A DNA stretch of 64,000 bases from Macrostomum lignano (lineage: Eukaryota). The translations under genes and the position numbers were made by a program. The notes under the pieces are model-generated. The model saw only the letters and a list, made by a program, of their open reading frames with translations. It had not been told where the DNA came from and made no database searches. Location: positions 38,119 to 102,118 of the forward strand of contig NIVC01002550.1 of NCBI GenBank assembly GCA_002269645.1, read 5' to 3'. Numbering within the stretch: position 1 is the first letter of the stretch; every line of letters begins with the position of its first letter. Of this stretch, positions 22,888 to 39,060 are shown in pieces.

Positions 22888-22960
22888 CGGCAACAGCATA
22901 GCAACAGCATAACAACAGCATAGCAACAGCATAGCAACGGCATAGCAACATCAAGGCAAC
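22888..22960. repeat. 11-bp tandem repeat (CATAGCAACAG) just 3' of the DNAAF8-like stop
   Basis: About 6 copies. Confidence 0.8.
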
Positions 22961-23854
22961 CACGCAAATAAAAATCGCATATATGCACTTACCGGATGTG
23001 TATGCTATAATTGCATAGCAATATTTAAAATGATAGAAAACCTTACTGCTAAGGGCGTCAGCCCATGATCATTGGCCTACGACATTGGATATACGGTCAC
23101 TATTTATCAGCTTTTAATTTTTTTATGTGCGCGCAGCTTACACAGCCACCCCGCTCCCCACAGTTAGCGTGGTATTCTATGTAATTTCTGTTCCCCCTCC
23201 AAAAAATTCTTATTTCTTAATCCGCAAATCTTTCGCCTGGCCCAATTAAAAAAATTTTTGAATTTAAACAAAAAACACAAATCAACTGCTCAACTAAATT
23301 CGAGTTTTACATTTTCAATTTGCATATCAGTAAGTTTTTACATGCACGCTAAAAGTACATATATATGCGTAATTAGCTTAGAGCTGCTTTCATCATTTCA
23401 AGTTAGCCTTCATTACATTTTTATTGATTCTAAAAACAATTGCACCACAGTTGAATTGTGCATGGACATCTCATGCATGTACCGCAGTGCCTTTGTTTTA
23501 TACTTCGGTGTTTCCTGCACTGCCTAAATTTGCCTTTTCATATTTAAGTTTGATTTTTAAAGAAAAATATAAATATATACATACGCATTGAATTTGCACC
23601 GATTCATGCTTTAATAGCTCTTTAGACATTAAATAAATGAATGCACATTAGTAATGTACTGTTACATGAAACTAATTAGCTTCTTGGCATTCTAAATTCT
23701 TTTCAGCTTTTAGATCTATAGCATCTGAATGTACATGTTAATTGTTTACAATGCTCATGTAGCAATTTGTATGTGCGAGTATGTAATGTATCACTTGCAT
23801 TAATTGATCGGGCACTTAATTGAATTCAACAAGGCATGCATTTCATTTACTTTT

Positions 23855-24595
23855 AGCGCCATTCATTTGATATCGTGCCGCCATTTCACTTGATTGTGGC
23901 GCTATTTCACTTGATTGTGCCGCCATTCCATTTGATACTCGTATTGTGGCGCCATTTCATTTGATATTGTGGCGCCATTCCATTTGATATTATGGCGCCA
24001 TTTAATTTGATATTGTGGCGCCATTCTATTTGATATTGTGGCGCCATTCCATTTGATATTGTGGCGCCATTTCATTTGATATTGTGGCGCTATTCTATTT
24101 GATATTGTGGCGCCATTCCATTTGATATTGTGGCGCCATTCCATTTGATATTGTGGCGCCATTTCATTTGATATTGTGGTGCTATTCTATTTGATATTGT
24201 GGCGCCATTCCATTTGATATTGTGGCGCCATTCCATTTGATATTGTGGCGCCATTCCATTTGATATTGTGGCGCCATTTCATTTGATATTGTGGCGCCAT
24301 TCCATTTGATATTGTGGCGCCATTCCATTGGATATTGTGGCGCCATTTCATTTGATATTGTGGCGCCATTCTATTTGATATTGTGGCGCCATTCTATTTG
24401 ATATTGTGGCGCCATTTCATTTGATATTGTGGCGCCATTCCATTTGATATTGTGGCGCCATTTCATTTGATATTGTGGCGCCATTCTATTTGATATTGTG
24501 GCGCCATTCTATTTGATATTGTGGCGCCATTCTATTTGATATTGTGGCGCCATTCCATTTGATATTGTGGCGCCATTTCATTTTATTTTGGCGTC
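23855..24595. repeat. 23-bp minisatellite (GATATTGTGGCGCCATTCCATTT)
   Basis: Tandem repeats; 23-aa periodicity in the ORF track. Confidence 0.95.
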
Positions 24596-25123
24596 ATTTC
24601 TTTCATTGATTGCGGCCCTATTTCATGGAAATTAATATCTTCGTGGGCACCAGCATCAGAGGCACTTACGATCCGTATTAAAATATACTTATCCAGGAAT
24701 AAAATACATGGAACTAAGTTTGTTGGTAAAAACAATCGCCGAAGTTGACATTTATTTGGGCAATTGGTTTAATTTCGCTACCCGATCAAAAAGATGTGGT
24801 TTAACATCGACGTAGCATAGCTTTGATTTGAATAATAGTTCTAAACTATTGATCGAATTCCATCATTAGTTATTTGATAAAAACCTAATCGAGATTTTAA
24901 CGCACATCTTTGGTATTAAAAAGCACAACGCCTAAAAGTTTGAATAGAGAAATATTTTTTAAATAAATCGCTGATTCAATATTAAAAAACATGGTTGGTT
25001 ATTACAGGTAGTTTGGGTGTCTTACAAAATTTTAAAATATTGTATAAATATTAGAATGTTCCAATCATTCCGCGCCAGTCTGTCAGTCTGGAGTGCCGGA
25101 TGTTCAAGTCCATGGCGAATGGC

Positions 25124-26773
<1,650 letters not shown>

Positions 26774-26891
26774 TCTGACGGGATTAGTAAGGGGGGATGT
26801 AGAAGTCTGGACGGACGGAATAAGAGAGGAAGCTTTAGACTGGCTTGTCCTGGCGGTGTAGATAGTGCCGGGCGGGCGCTGAGGGGTACCA

Positions 26892-26899
26892 GTTTTATA
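26892..26899 (-). promoter_or_regulatory. TATA box of beta-tubulin copy 1
   Basis: TATAAAAC on the minus strand ~120 bp upstream of the ATG, in a GC-rich context. Confidence 0.55.
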
Positions 26900-26969
26900 G
26901 CTTGCGCCGCCATTCAGACTAGCTGGGGTGTGTGGGGTGGTCGGGGGGTTGGTGGGGTGGGCGCGTCCC

Positions 26970-26982
26970 GTTGCTAAACAAC
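26970..26982. promoter_or_regulatory. RFX X-box-like motif GTTGCTAAACAAC
   Basis: Fits RYYNYY-N(1-3)-RRNRAC; ~70 bp upstream of the copy-1 TATA box. Confidence 0.45.
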
Positions 26983-29900
26983 CAGCCGCGCTCTGAGTCA
27001 CAAAACTGCAATTAGGAAAGACAGCCTCCATGTGGCCTGCTGTACACTCTGGCCAATGTACATAGTTTTCAATGTACAGTGAGAGTTGGGAACGAAAGAG
27101 AGGGGTTTTGGTCTATTATAGTCGGGCAGACAGATATGGAAGGATGGGCAGTGAGAGGAGATGAGGGAGGAGGATGGGCGGAGGACGAAAGACTTCGCCA
27201 TTCTCTGCATCAAATTTATGCGTGCTCCATTCTCCAATTCTTTCTTTGTGAATTGTGAACGAGAGAGAATGAGAATGAAGTGGATGGGGTGAGAGGGCTG
27301 GAGCTAGGGGGGGGGTTGAGTCTGACTCAGCACTTAGCACTCCAACTCAAACCGGCTCAAACGTTGGGATGGTAACGGACAATGCTGGGGCTTAGAATTT
27401 TTTGTATGCCCAAAACCGGCTAACTAATCCAGTCATTCTAAGGCAAGCAAGACCTTGGTATTCTAACTTCTAAAGCAGTAGGACCGGTGTTTGTAGTCTT
27501 CGCCTATGGCCATGGGTAATTAATTCTCTTTCTATCTCTTCTACTCTTCTCTCTAGTCTACTCTTGTTTTCAAATACGTATCACGTTTCAAGATCTGCAA
27601 AATCTTTGTTTAGATGGGCTGTAGTGAACTGTTAAGCTAGCTAGAATAGATGAAAAAAAATGATTGCTAAATTTTTTCCCGAATACCCAAGCGGCCATAT
27701 CGGGTTTGAGTTCATCCGTTGAACTGTATATTAGTATGCAGCTTCATCTGTGGGTATTGAAGCAGCTGGGGGCTATCTATTTATTTAACCACGACTAGCT
27801 ATCGCACCAACTGTGCGAATGCTGGATGTCCCATCCACAGTTCTCCCACATTCCAGTCCCCACCCCAATCCTGTTTCCTCACTTTTACATTCGCCATCGG
27901 GTGAAAAATAAAAAAAACGTTTGTTCTTCGAATGGGACATTGTAGACCGATGATTTTACACATAAGCTACAGAGCAGTTCTTCATTATTTAAACTGCAAA
28001 CGTATTTCGAATAATTAAACCCAAAGTGCCCCAATTCGGAGACTCCAAGTGACTCGCAGTGTAACTTTATTTAAGTTAAATAATACTTCTCAAATAATAC
28101 TTCATGTTGATATTTACCTTTATTTAACTTTATTTGTTAATTATTCAAATTAATGAACAGAAAACTTTGGAACATTCTTTCTTCTTTTAAATGAGTCATG
28201 CAATACAGGCAAACTTGTTTACAGGTCTGCATAGAGGTATTGGCCTGAACAAAGAGAAACTTCAATGTTATTCTTTACAGTGGCTCGAGACGCACTATTT
28301 TCAGGCTGACGATGACGCATTTAGGAGCAAAATTTAACAGAAAACAGTAAAGCATACATCTTGGATTCGAAATAAAATGAAAAAACTGCACTCAAAAATG
28401 GCAGACAGAAGCCTAACTCGTAATGCTGTTCATTTCGAGTTAGGTCTGCGAAATAAGTCTGCGAGTTGCCCAGCAATTAAAACTGGTTAAGCCTGCGGGT
28501 AACTAGGGACGCCATCTATTTTGAAAGGCTCCATATTTTTACCTGCACTGAAACCATTTTACGAGTATATAACGCACGCACTGCCTAAAGATTGAATCGC
28601 GAAAAGATTGCATTCTAGAAGCATTTTGTGGCCCCCAACTTGAGCACTCGAGGCTTAGCTAATGGCGAACAATGCTTAGAATTTGCATCTACCATATAAG
28701 ATGCATTGAAGCGAGACAAGTCTTATTTTGGCAGGAAAATGGTTTCTCAAAGCCTGCACAGATCGAGAGACTGGGACTCGGGCCACTCGAAAACTTCATC
28801 TCAACTCGAGACGGCCAAGCTTGGAAGAATTATCATGGGTGGGTTCGTCAGCAGAAATGCCCCTGCATGAGCAATTGTTAGCGATGATGGAGCTCTGCAG
28901 TTCAACGCTAATTAAACAGAGTTGTGCCCCCAAGATATGAGGCGGAATCTCATCTGTATTATTTGCTTAAGCCTGCCCTCGGGTCATTGTCTTCTTTATT
29001 CGAAGACAGTCGGCAAGTAGTGCTGCAGCAGCTATTCACTGGATGAGTCCATAGCAACCGGCATACTGGAGGCTCGCCTCAAATCTGCATTGAACTGTGT
29101 GCAGACAGCTCTCTCACTGTATGGCCATGCAGCTGCATGCAGCAGTGCGTGACCCCCCTGAGCAAACGCGAATCTTCTTGCTCACTCATTGCAATCTCTG
29201 TTATCTCAGTTTCTCAATTCAGACTCGTGTTTTGGTCTTTCTATGCTATATGTTTGAGCAGCAATACTTATTTAGGGGCTCTGTAACTCTGCTGCTATGA
29301 TTTCTTAAGATTACACAGTTACACTGTAGATTATAAACCGCGACGGTAACTTATGGAAATTGGAAAATTTGACAGCGGGTATTTAAACGAGTATGGAGCT
29401 TTAATTCTGTTGCATATTGCTCAAATTCAACTATTCGCACTTGCTTTCGACATGACCATTTTTGGCATTTTATCTTCCATTTTTTCTTCAGCGATAATAC
29501 GAGCGTTGCTCGTACCTTTTATTACATTATACGCGAGGTCTGTAATTCCTTTTGCTCCCGTATAAAGAGTTGGAAAATCTTGCGAATTTGAACAAGGCAG
29601 GGATTGGCAAACTTTTTTACAACCTATATAGCATCTGACTTGAGGCCTAAGGAGGGCTGAGAAGAGAGGAAATAGAGAAGAGAGACGAGGGGAATAAAGG
29701 AGAAGAGACGAGACGGGACGAAACGAGAGGAGAGAGGAAGGAAAAGAGGGCGGAGATCGACTATAGAGAGCTGAAGAGACACCAATCTTGAGCGGGATTG
29801 CTATTGTGAAGTTTCAAAGGACCCGGAGGGCCGGATAGAGAGGCTTCGCGGACCCTCTCGCGAGTAAGGCAATTAACCGGAAAACAGTTGGCATTCTGTG

Positions 29901-30377
29901 CCTGACAGTAACCAACATGCTCCGGCAGCCTCAAGTAGCCGGGTATGAAGGGAGTCTTTTTAGCCCTGATTGCAAAAACTGCAGCAACTTTTGCCACCTT
30001 AGAAAAAGTCGCATAAAGGTTAAAAGTTGAGTAAAAGTGAAAAAAATAACAAGGTGGCATTGTATACATGTTGCTCGAGTCCAACAACACAAAGTAATCA
30101 TTGATATTAGTCATTTTAACACTTAAACATGAGTCATCTTTGACAACCAACACTCTCGACCTTAAATCTCAATCAAAAAGCTAAAGTTCCCTTACTTCCT
30201 AAAAGCAGAAAAATCTTAAGATTGATTCCATGCAGGTGCACACATACAGTCAGTATCTCTGCTTGCTGGGAATGGAGGGGTGGGGGTGTTGGTTAACTGC
30301 AGGTAGAGTATAGAGTTGCAAGCGAGCGCGAAGTGGAGAGGGGGCGGGTTATAGCGGGTACGGTAGAGCCAGTTCGC

Positions 30378-30392
30378 GTTGCTACGGGCAAC
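30378..30392. promoter_or_regulatory. RFX X-box-like motif GTTGCTACGGGCAAC
   Basis: Full consensus match, near-palindromic, in the tubulin intergenic region. Confidence 0.45.
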
Positions 30393-30446
30393 GGACGCCG
30401 CTAGTTGCTAGGGCGAGAAAGAAGAGGGGGTTAAAATCTAAATCTT

Positions 30447-30482
<36 letters not shown>
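30447..30482. repeat. (CT)n microsatellite
   Basis: Direct dinucleotide run. Confidence 0.9.
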
Positions 30483-30484
<2 letters not shown>

Positions 30485-31224
30485 GAGTCTCAGCTTATAG
30501 CTTTAGCGAAAAAAATGAACGGAGCCTTTCTGCAATAGCTCTGCACAGCAGCAACCCCATCTCCACACCCAGCTGCTAAACCTGTTCTATTATTCAGCAA
30601 TCGGTCGTCTCTATACTTGTGCAGCATACAGAGAGAGCTGAAAATGCTTTGAGTTTTATAACCCCCCCCCCCCCTCGGCCTATTCTTCTATATTCTGCAG
30701 GCTCCAAGCTGCCCATTGTCCCATGCAGCTGCATAGAGCGAGCGTCATCATCACTGAGCATTCCTGAGATACGCATTGTCCACCCCCTCCAACATTGCAC
30801 GACAGGAATGCATGCAGTATCCACTCACGCAGTCACGCTACTGTACTCAGTCGCAGTTAAGTTATGCGGCCGCTTCGAACTCAACCCTCCGTACTCAAGA
30901 TAAACAGCCCCACTCTTCTAGGTAGGGGCAGGCATAAGCGGTTGTCATGGACGCCCCCAAGAGGGGGTGGGGGGTTGCCATGGCCAGAAAGAAGAGTTGG
31001 TCGCAGCTCTAAAGCGTGTGGGTTCGCGCGCAACCCAAGCATTCTTTCTCTCTCTTACCTGTCCTCATCTCTCTCCAAACCTGCCAACTACCCCGCCGTT
31101 GCTAGGGCCGCCGCCAGTCCCCCCTTCTCTCACTTTTCAGCCTTGCCTAACTTGCCAACCATTAAACCACGTACCCGCGCCGCTTTGAAAGCTGCTCTTC
31201 CAAACCCTACCCCATACCCCAGAG

Positions 31225-31238
31225 ACTACCATGGCAAC
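31225..31238. promoter_or_regulatory. RFX X-box-like motif ACTACCATGGCAAC
   Basis: Fits the X-box consensus; ~370 bp upstream of the copy-2 ATG. A TATA-like CATAAAAG lies at 31482-31489. Confidence 0.4.
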
Positions 31239-31606
31239 AATAGAGAGAAAAACGGCTTGACGAAGGCGCAGCGAAGCCGCCGCTCCCAACCTCCACCGCT
31301 CCTCGCCTTTTTGCATAGACTGCGGCAGGAGGCTATCAATTGAAACTCCACCCTGTCAGCCGCCCTACCCACCCTCACCCTCACCCCACCATACCACCCC
31401 CAAGCCGTTGCCAGGCGCTCAACCCCCGTTGCCGAGCGGCGCCTTCGCGACGCTGCCCCCCCGCCGACGGGCCGAGAAAAGCATAAAAGCGGCAACCGAG
31501 GGCGGCCCCGAGGCCAACCGCTCCGGCGCTCCTCAGCTAACCTCAAAAGCCCATCTAAGCTCTCTTTGAAGCTTTTGCTTCCCGACTCGCTCAGCTCTTA
31601 GCCAAC

Positions 31607-33046
<1,440 letters not shown>

Positions 33047-34314
33047 GCCATTCGCCTTCCTCGATGAAGCTTAGATGACTTTGAAAAATTGAACATAAAT
33101 TTGTGGACAATTTCTCAATACTATTGATTGAATTGTTAACATCAACGCGATGGCTGTTTAATATCGTTTTGAGTCGAGATAATTAAACTTGTAAAACAAT
33201 ATTGGCTAAGCACAGGTCAACGAAATATAAATAGAATGCCTTTTTTAAATACTTGAACTGAAAAGTTCGTAATTTGAGTTCTCTTTAAATCCAGTGCTTT
33301 TGTTTTCTACTTTATGACTTCTTAACTCGAGATGTATGTACAATGCGTATGAATGAGATCTCGAAGATATTGAACGATGTGGAGTAATGCATTTATTATG
33401 CTTGATTGTGCGCCAGAGCCAAAGCTGTTCTTAGTGAAATCTTCGAAGGCCAGCAAAATTTGCTACGGAACCGCTAATCTGAGGGTCAACTATGCAGCCG
33501 CATTATAGTTACACACAGGGTATAAAATTAGAAATTCAAATCGAACGGTTTTCCTTGCTAATAACAACAACAGGATATGCTAAACAGCATAAACTGACAA
33601 GTGAACCTTCGGAATGTATTTAAGGATAGATATTAAGCATCTAATTTAGTTGAAATTAACACGATAGACTCGCCAAAAACTTGGACAGAACATTTCTATG
33701 GTCAGGTTTCTGACAAAGCTACAATACTTTGTATTCAGGGTTGATGCTGCATCCTGCAAGATAGCTCGTAGCATGCAATGGGAAGATGACGCACTTCAAA
33801 AATCTTTCCATTGCTCAATTCAAATCAAATTGTTAAGCAAAATAATAAAGATCTGATGGGTTGTATTAGTTGTGTTATTTAGTGCAGAGTAGCATTGAAC
33901 GCATGACTCACAACAAGCTTACGTTTGTATAGATAAAAATTATAACTGTAGCTGATTGTCACAACACACTACTGCGTTCACAAATACAAGTAGCGTAGTT
34001 AGAATTTTTAACTAAGAACTTGCAGTGGTTTGAAGAAAATGAATAAAATGAATACCGCTAATGTGTATAATGTTGTATTAATAAGAAGGGACTCGACTAT
34101 GTGCGGACGACGAGCGTACGAGTATTTTTATATCAGTTTAAGCGCATAGATCCAATATTTTTGTAACACAGTTACAAAATAGTATATATCATTCCAAAAC
34201 AAACCCCACAACGGCAATGCATGCTGTGTGCAGATGCTAAAAGTTTTCTGCTGTTTGGATGATCTTCTCTCTTAATGAACAGTTTGTTGTTTCAGTGATT
34301 TGTATATCTGAGAG

Positions 34315-34640
34315 GCCCAGCAACTGGGGATCTGGGAGGCTGGCCCAGCAACTGAGGATCTGGGAGGCTGGCCTAGCAACTGAGGATCTGGGAGGCTGGC
34401 CCAGCAACTGAGGATCTGGGAGGCTGGCCCAGCAACTGAGGATCTGGGAGGCTGGCCTAGCAACTGAGGATCTGGGAGGCTGGCCCAGCAACTGAGGATC
34501 TGGGAGGCTGGCTCAGCAACTGAGGATCTGGGAGGCTGGTCAAGCAACTGAGGATCTGGGAGGCTGGTGGCACAGCAACTGAGGATCTGGGAGGCTGGTC
34601 AAGCAACTGAGGATCTGGGAGGCTGGTCCAGCAACTGAGG
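34315..34640. repeat. Minisatellite family A (28 bp), copy 2
   Basis: Same unit as 3058-3808; lies 3' of the GPCR. Confidence 0.95.
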
Positions 34641-34662
34641 GTGCAAGGATCTTGGAGAATAG

Positions 34663-34706
34663 CACAGATACTAGAATAACAGATACTAGTTATTCTAGTA
34701 TCTGTG
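34663..34706. mobile_element. 44-bp micro-transposon (hAT-like): 18-bp perfect TIRs, 8-bp TSD
   Basis: CACAGATACTAGAATAAC-agatacta-GTTATTCTAGTATCTGTG, flanked by the perfect direct repeat GAGAATAG (34655-34662, 34707-34714). Confidence 0.75.
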
Positions 34707-34785
34707 GAGAATAGTAACCAAGCGTGAGAATCTCAATGTTTGAACTGGGATCAGGAAAACTGAAGAGTGGCAAATTAAAGCAGTT

Positions 34786-36984
34786 TTACTCGACTACAAC
34801 TTGAGAGTCACATCGACCTGTAGACAATTGCTGCTGAGTCGACGCCTCCGGCGACGCCATCGGTAGCAGCGCCTCGGCTACGGCATTGTACAGCACGAGC
34901 TCCTCGATTTTGCAGCTCCCACAGCTGCAAGACCGCACGGCGACTTCGTTTACTCCTTCATCCTTCACAGATTCAGTGGATGCTGACCGCAACGGGCTCT
35001 CGATGGCCGCATCCTGATGCAGATGACAAACTGGATTGCAAAGACTTCTGAATCGACGCCAGACGTTGATGAACTTGTGAAGAAGTTCCCTTAGAATATT
35101 CCTGTACTGCTCCTTGAGCTTGTCATTGAAAAAGCCATAGACAGTGGCATTGATGCAGGGCGAGACCAGGATGACGGTCAGGCAGAGGCTGTGCAACTCG
35201 GCATTTCGATCACCGAGCAGCGGCTGCTGCTGCTGCTGCTGCTGCGATTTCGATACTTCATCACTGGAAGATCTGTTCTGTTGCCATAGCAACCACTGAC
35301 GCCAGTTGCTGTAGTCGTGTACAGCATTTGAAACGGTCAACGGTAGCCAGGCCAGGGCGAAGCCGGCGGCGATAACGCCGAGCATCAGGCTGACGCGGAA
35401 GCGACGCCGGCTCCTGAACTGATTCTGCGACAGGTGGCGGCGGCGCTTCCGCATCCGCTGCTGCAGCCGGCAGTGAATGGCAACATTAGAGCCGGCAATG
35501 CAGATCAACGGCAGCAGGAACTGCAGCAGCAGGGTGACGCAGCTGTAGAATAGTTTCGCCGAGTGATAAGTATCGAAGCCTTCGCTACAAAAGTACAGAG
35601 TTTGACCGTTTCTCTCCAGGGCCATGGGATCTGGGACGGCGTTGGCGAATGCTAGCAGAGGACACGATAGCAGCAGCGAGGTCAGCCAGATGGCCAGCAG
35701 GAGCAGCGCGAGACAGCGGCTGGACAGCGGAGGTCGAGTTGGAAACAGAACGCACTGGAGGTGAAAGTGGAGGCAATGTTTATACCAGTCGAGATTCCTT
35801 CTGGCTTGGACAGTGGCATACTCCGGAAACTATTGAGCCCATATGACCATACTCGATTGAAAAGTCTATGATTAGAAAGCCTCTTAAAAATCAAACGGTT
35901 AATAACTTAAGACACGTGTATAAAATATCAGAGGTTAAAGGTAACATTAGGTCTTAAGACCTAATCTCCCCAGAGAGCTTCAGTTGCAAGATCAATTTCC
36001 CAGAAATCTTGAATTGCAACATCAATTTCCCGAAGAGCTTCAATTGCAAGATAAATCTCTCAAAGAGTTTTAATTGCAAGATAAATCTCTCAAAGAGTTT
36101 TAATTGCAAGATAAATCTCTCAAAGAGTTTTAATTGCAAGATCAATCTCTCAAAGAGTTTTAATTGCAAGATCAATCTCTCAAAGAGTTTTAATTGCAAG
36201 ATCAATCTCTCAAAGAGTTTTAATTGCAAGATCAATCTCTCAGAGACCTTCGGTTGCAAGATCAATCTCTCAGAGACCTTCGGTTGCAAGATCAATCTCT
36301 CAGAGACCTTCGGTTGCAAGATCAACCCTCCAAGGACCTTGAGTTGCGAAACCAAAACTTTCAAGGGCCTTTGAGTTGCAAGACCGATCCAGGACCAACA
36401 CCCAAAGCGAAGACAATGAGCTACAACACCAAACCAGATTCGCTAACCCTCATCCGATCCAGCGCAATCGCCGCAATTGAGAAGCTCGAACCGAACATGT
36501 TAATCCCCGTGATGCAGTTGACCAGTTTGCAGGCCCACGCGCCCAGACTCCAGCCTCCGTAGCGCTGCATCAGGCGAGCAATACCAAACGGTTGTGTGAA
36601 CAGGCATAAGATGACATCGAATATGGCCAAATTCACCACAAAGTAGATCCTGTCCCGCTGCAGATGGCGACACCTCCTTACTGCGGCCAACAGCAGAATG
36701 TTGCCGAAACCGCCGAATACAATCAACACTACTTGAACACACGACATGGCCATCAGTAGTGGATAGGATGCATTGTTATCCTTTTTAAGTTCCTCGTATT
36801 TTGCTTCGATCATTCGCATATTGTAGGTGTCGTTCACGCATTTCAAATATTTGTAAATTATCCGCAGATGATCGTGAGTCGGAGCAAAACTTGCCAGACT
36901 GCAGTTCCGGGCCGAAATGTTGCCTTGCGACTTCCTGACCAGGTGGGCCAGCATATTCTCCATTTGGATCTGCCGCGGAGCCAT
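34786..36984 (-). CDS. Rhodopsin-class neuropeptide GPCR, NPY/NPF/PrRP-receptor-like (~501 aa)
   Basis: Exon 36984-36448 (TM1-3: GGFGNILLL, NLAIFD, WSLGAWACKLV, SIAAIALDRMR) joins in phase 0 to exon 35754-34786 (CVLFP...AIWLTSLLLSCP, CSE, FLLPL, FALAWLPL, CINATVYGFFN). The start codon is uncertain. Confidence 0.85.
35980..36345. repeat. 30-bp intronic minisatellite (AATTGCAAGATCAATCTCTCAAAGAGTTTT)
   Basis: Tandem repeats in the GPCR intron. Confidence 0.9.
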
Positions 36985-37534
36985 TTGGGGTGAAATGGAG
37001 AGGTATAGTATAGTCAGAACGTCTCAAATCATTTCAGAATTTTTTCCGCGACATTAAAAAAATTCGAGCGAAAATCGTTGCACACTACTATTGTCAGTAG
37101 GTACACGCAGGAAGCGATCATAATTATGAAATTCCCTACTAGGTAAAAATACTTCTAGTTTAATAGAAGGGACACGAGAGACGTGCACGTTTGAGCACAG
37201 TGCTCGACTGCACGATGACTCTCTACTGAAAACCTTCACGTGTATAGTCTAGAAGTCTTTATGCATAGAGGGGCGAGACTGAAGAGACGACTCTAATGGC
37301 TGCAATTTTCAGGTTCAATTTTTTTGAGGCGCTTGTTTCAAGGAGTGATCCGATAGCTAGGGGAAGAAATTCAGAAGAAATGGAGATCATATGGGAAGAT
37401 TTTCCCCTAGTATTTCTCATGAACCCTACATATGCATCAGAAGGTGTGAGTCTTAAAAGAGAAAATATTAAAGGCGATTAGAAAATGAGATTCTGGGAAA
37501 ATAAAATTCGATTATTACGCTCGTAACTACGATT

Positions 37535-37950
37535 TTCAAAGCAGAGATTCTCAAAGCTGAGATTTTCAAAGCAGAGATTTTTCAAAGCTGAGATTCTCAA
37601 AGCTGAGATTTTCAAAGCAGAGATTCTCAAAGCAGAGATTCTCAAAGCAGAGATTCTCAAAGCTGAGATTTTCAAAGCAGATATTTTTCAAAGCTGAGAT
37701 TCTCAAAGCTGAGATTTTCAAAGCAGAGATTCTCAAAGCAGAGATTCTCAAAGCAGAGATTCTCAAAGCAGAGATTCTCAAAGCAGAGATTCTCAAAGCT
37801 GAGATCCTCATAGCTGAGATTATCAAAGCTGAGATTTTCAAAGCAGAGTTTCTCAAAGCAGAGTTTCTCAAAGCTGAGATTCTCAAAGCAGAGATTCTCA
37901 AAGCAGAGATTCTCAAAGCTGAGATTCTCAAAACAGAGATTCTCAAAGCT
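37535..37950. repeat. 15-bp minisatellite (AAAGCAGAGATTCTC)
   Basis: Tandem repeats; 5-aa periodicity. Confidence 0.95.
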
Positions 37951-38734
37951 CTCACAGTGGCGAGTCACATTATAAACTGCAAAGTGAGCGAGTCACATTT
38001 TAGTACCATAATAGAACAGGAGATTCTGTTATCTCGCTTTCGACAGAAGAATGAAATCAGAACCGCTTGTGGGAGAGTTTCATCAGAAGAGCTCAAAATT
38101 CAAATGGACTTACACAGCTCACGCAATTGTCGAGTTAAACAGCAACCTCGTGAGTATCAAACTAATCCAAGATCAAAGTTGAACTTGTACGTTTTATAAA
38201 ATAAATAAAACCGGCTCGTTCTCTTAACTTGAATGATAAAAAAGAATTGCTTGCAGGTATAAATTACCTGGGCTTAGACTCCCGTTGCAATTAGATGCAG
38301 CTAGGGCTGAAGATGACAGAGCAGAAAACAACAGCAACTGCTCAGAGGCTTGAGCAGTGAGGGTATAATATACACTGCAGTCTGTTATCGACTCCAGCGC
38401 TTGCACTGAGCAGGTGAACGGGCGATCAGAGATTTAGGATAGGATTATGGGCTAAATCTGATTTGATTGGATGTGGGGGCAGATGGAACCCACGTAGGAC
38501 CTTTCTTTGTAGCTAAAAAGAATTTTTGGACAGTAAAAACAAACTAATCGTCTTTTTTCCAAGATAGTCAAGCATTGCAATAATCGGGTCGGATAAAACT
38601 GGCCCGGTTTCTGTAAAAGGGGCATAAGAAAAACATTTATACCGTTCAAATGTACCGCATTTCTTTGAAGAAATAATTTTCACCGTGAAGAGACTCGTAA
38701 AGAACGACAATCGAAATTGGGTTTCTTAGAATCA

Positions 38735-39060
38735 TGACACCCATTTTAGCGATGTGACACCCATTTTAGCGATCTGACACCCATTTTAGCGATCTGACAC
38801 CCACAGTTTAGCGATCTGACACCCACAGTTTAGCGATCTGACACCCACGGTTTAGCGATCTGACACCCACAGTTTAGCGATCTGACACCCACAGTTTAGC
38901 GACCTGACACCCTTTTTAGCGATCTGACACCCATTTTAGCGATCTGACAACCACTTTAGAGATCTGACACCCATTTTAGCGATCTGACAACCACTTCAGA
39001 GATCTGACACCCACTTCAGTGATTTGACACCCTATTTTAGTGATCTGACAACCATTCTAA
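38735..39060. repeat. 20-22-bp minisatellite (GACACCCATTTTAGCGATCT)
   Basis: Tandem repeats. Confidence 0.9.

Noticed and set aside
27000-30300. Small ORFs (60-130 aa) in the tubulin intergenic region and at 57.6-58.0 kb
   Set aside because: No recognisable motifs, no splice-consistent structure, and non-coding composition. No tRNA or rRNA genes were recognised anywhere in the window.
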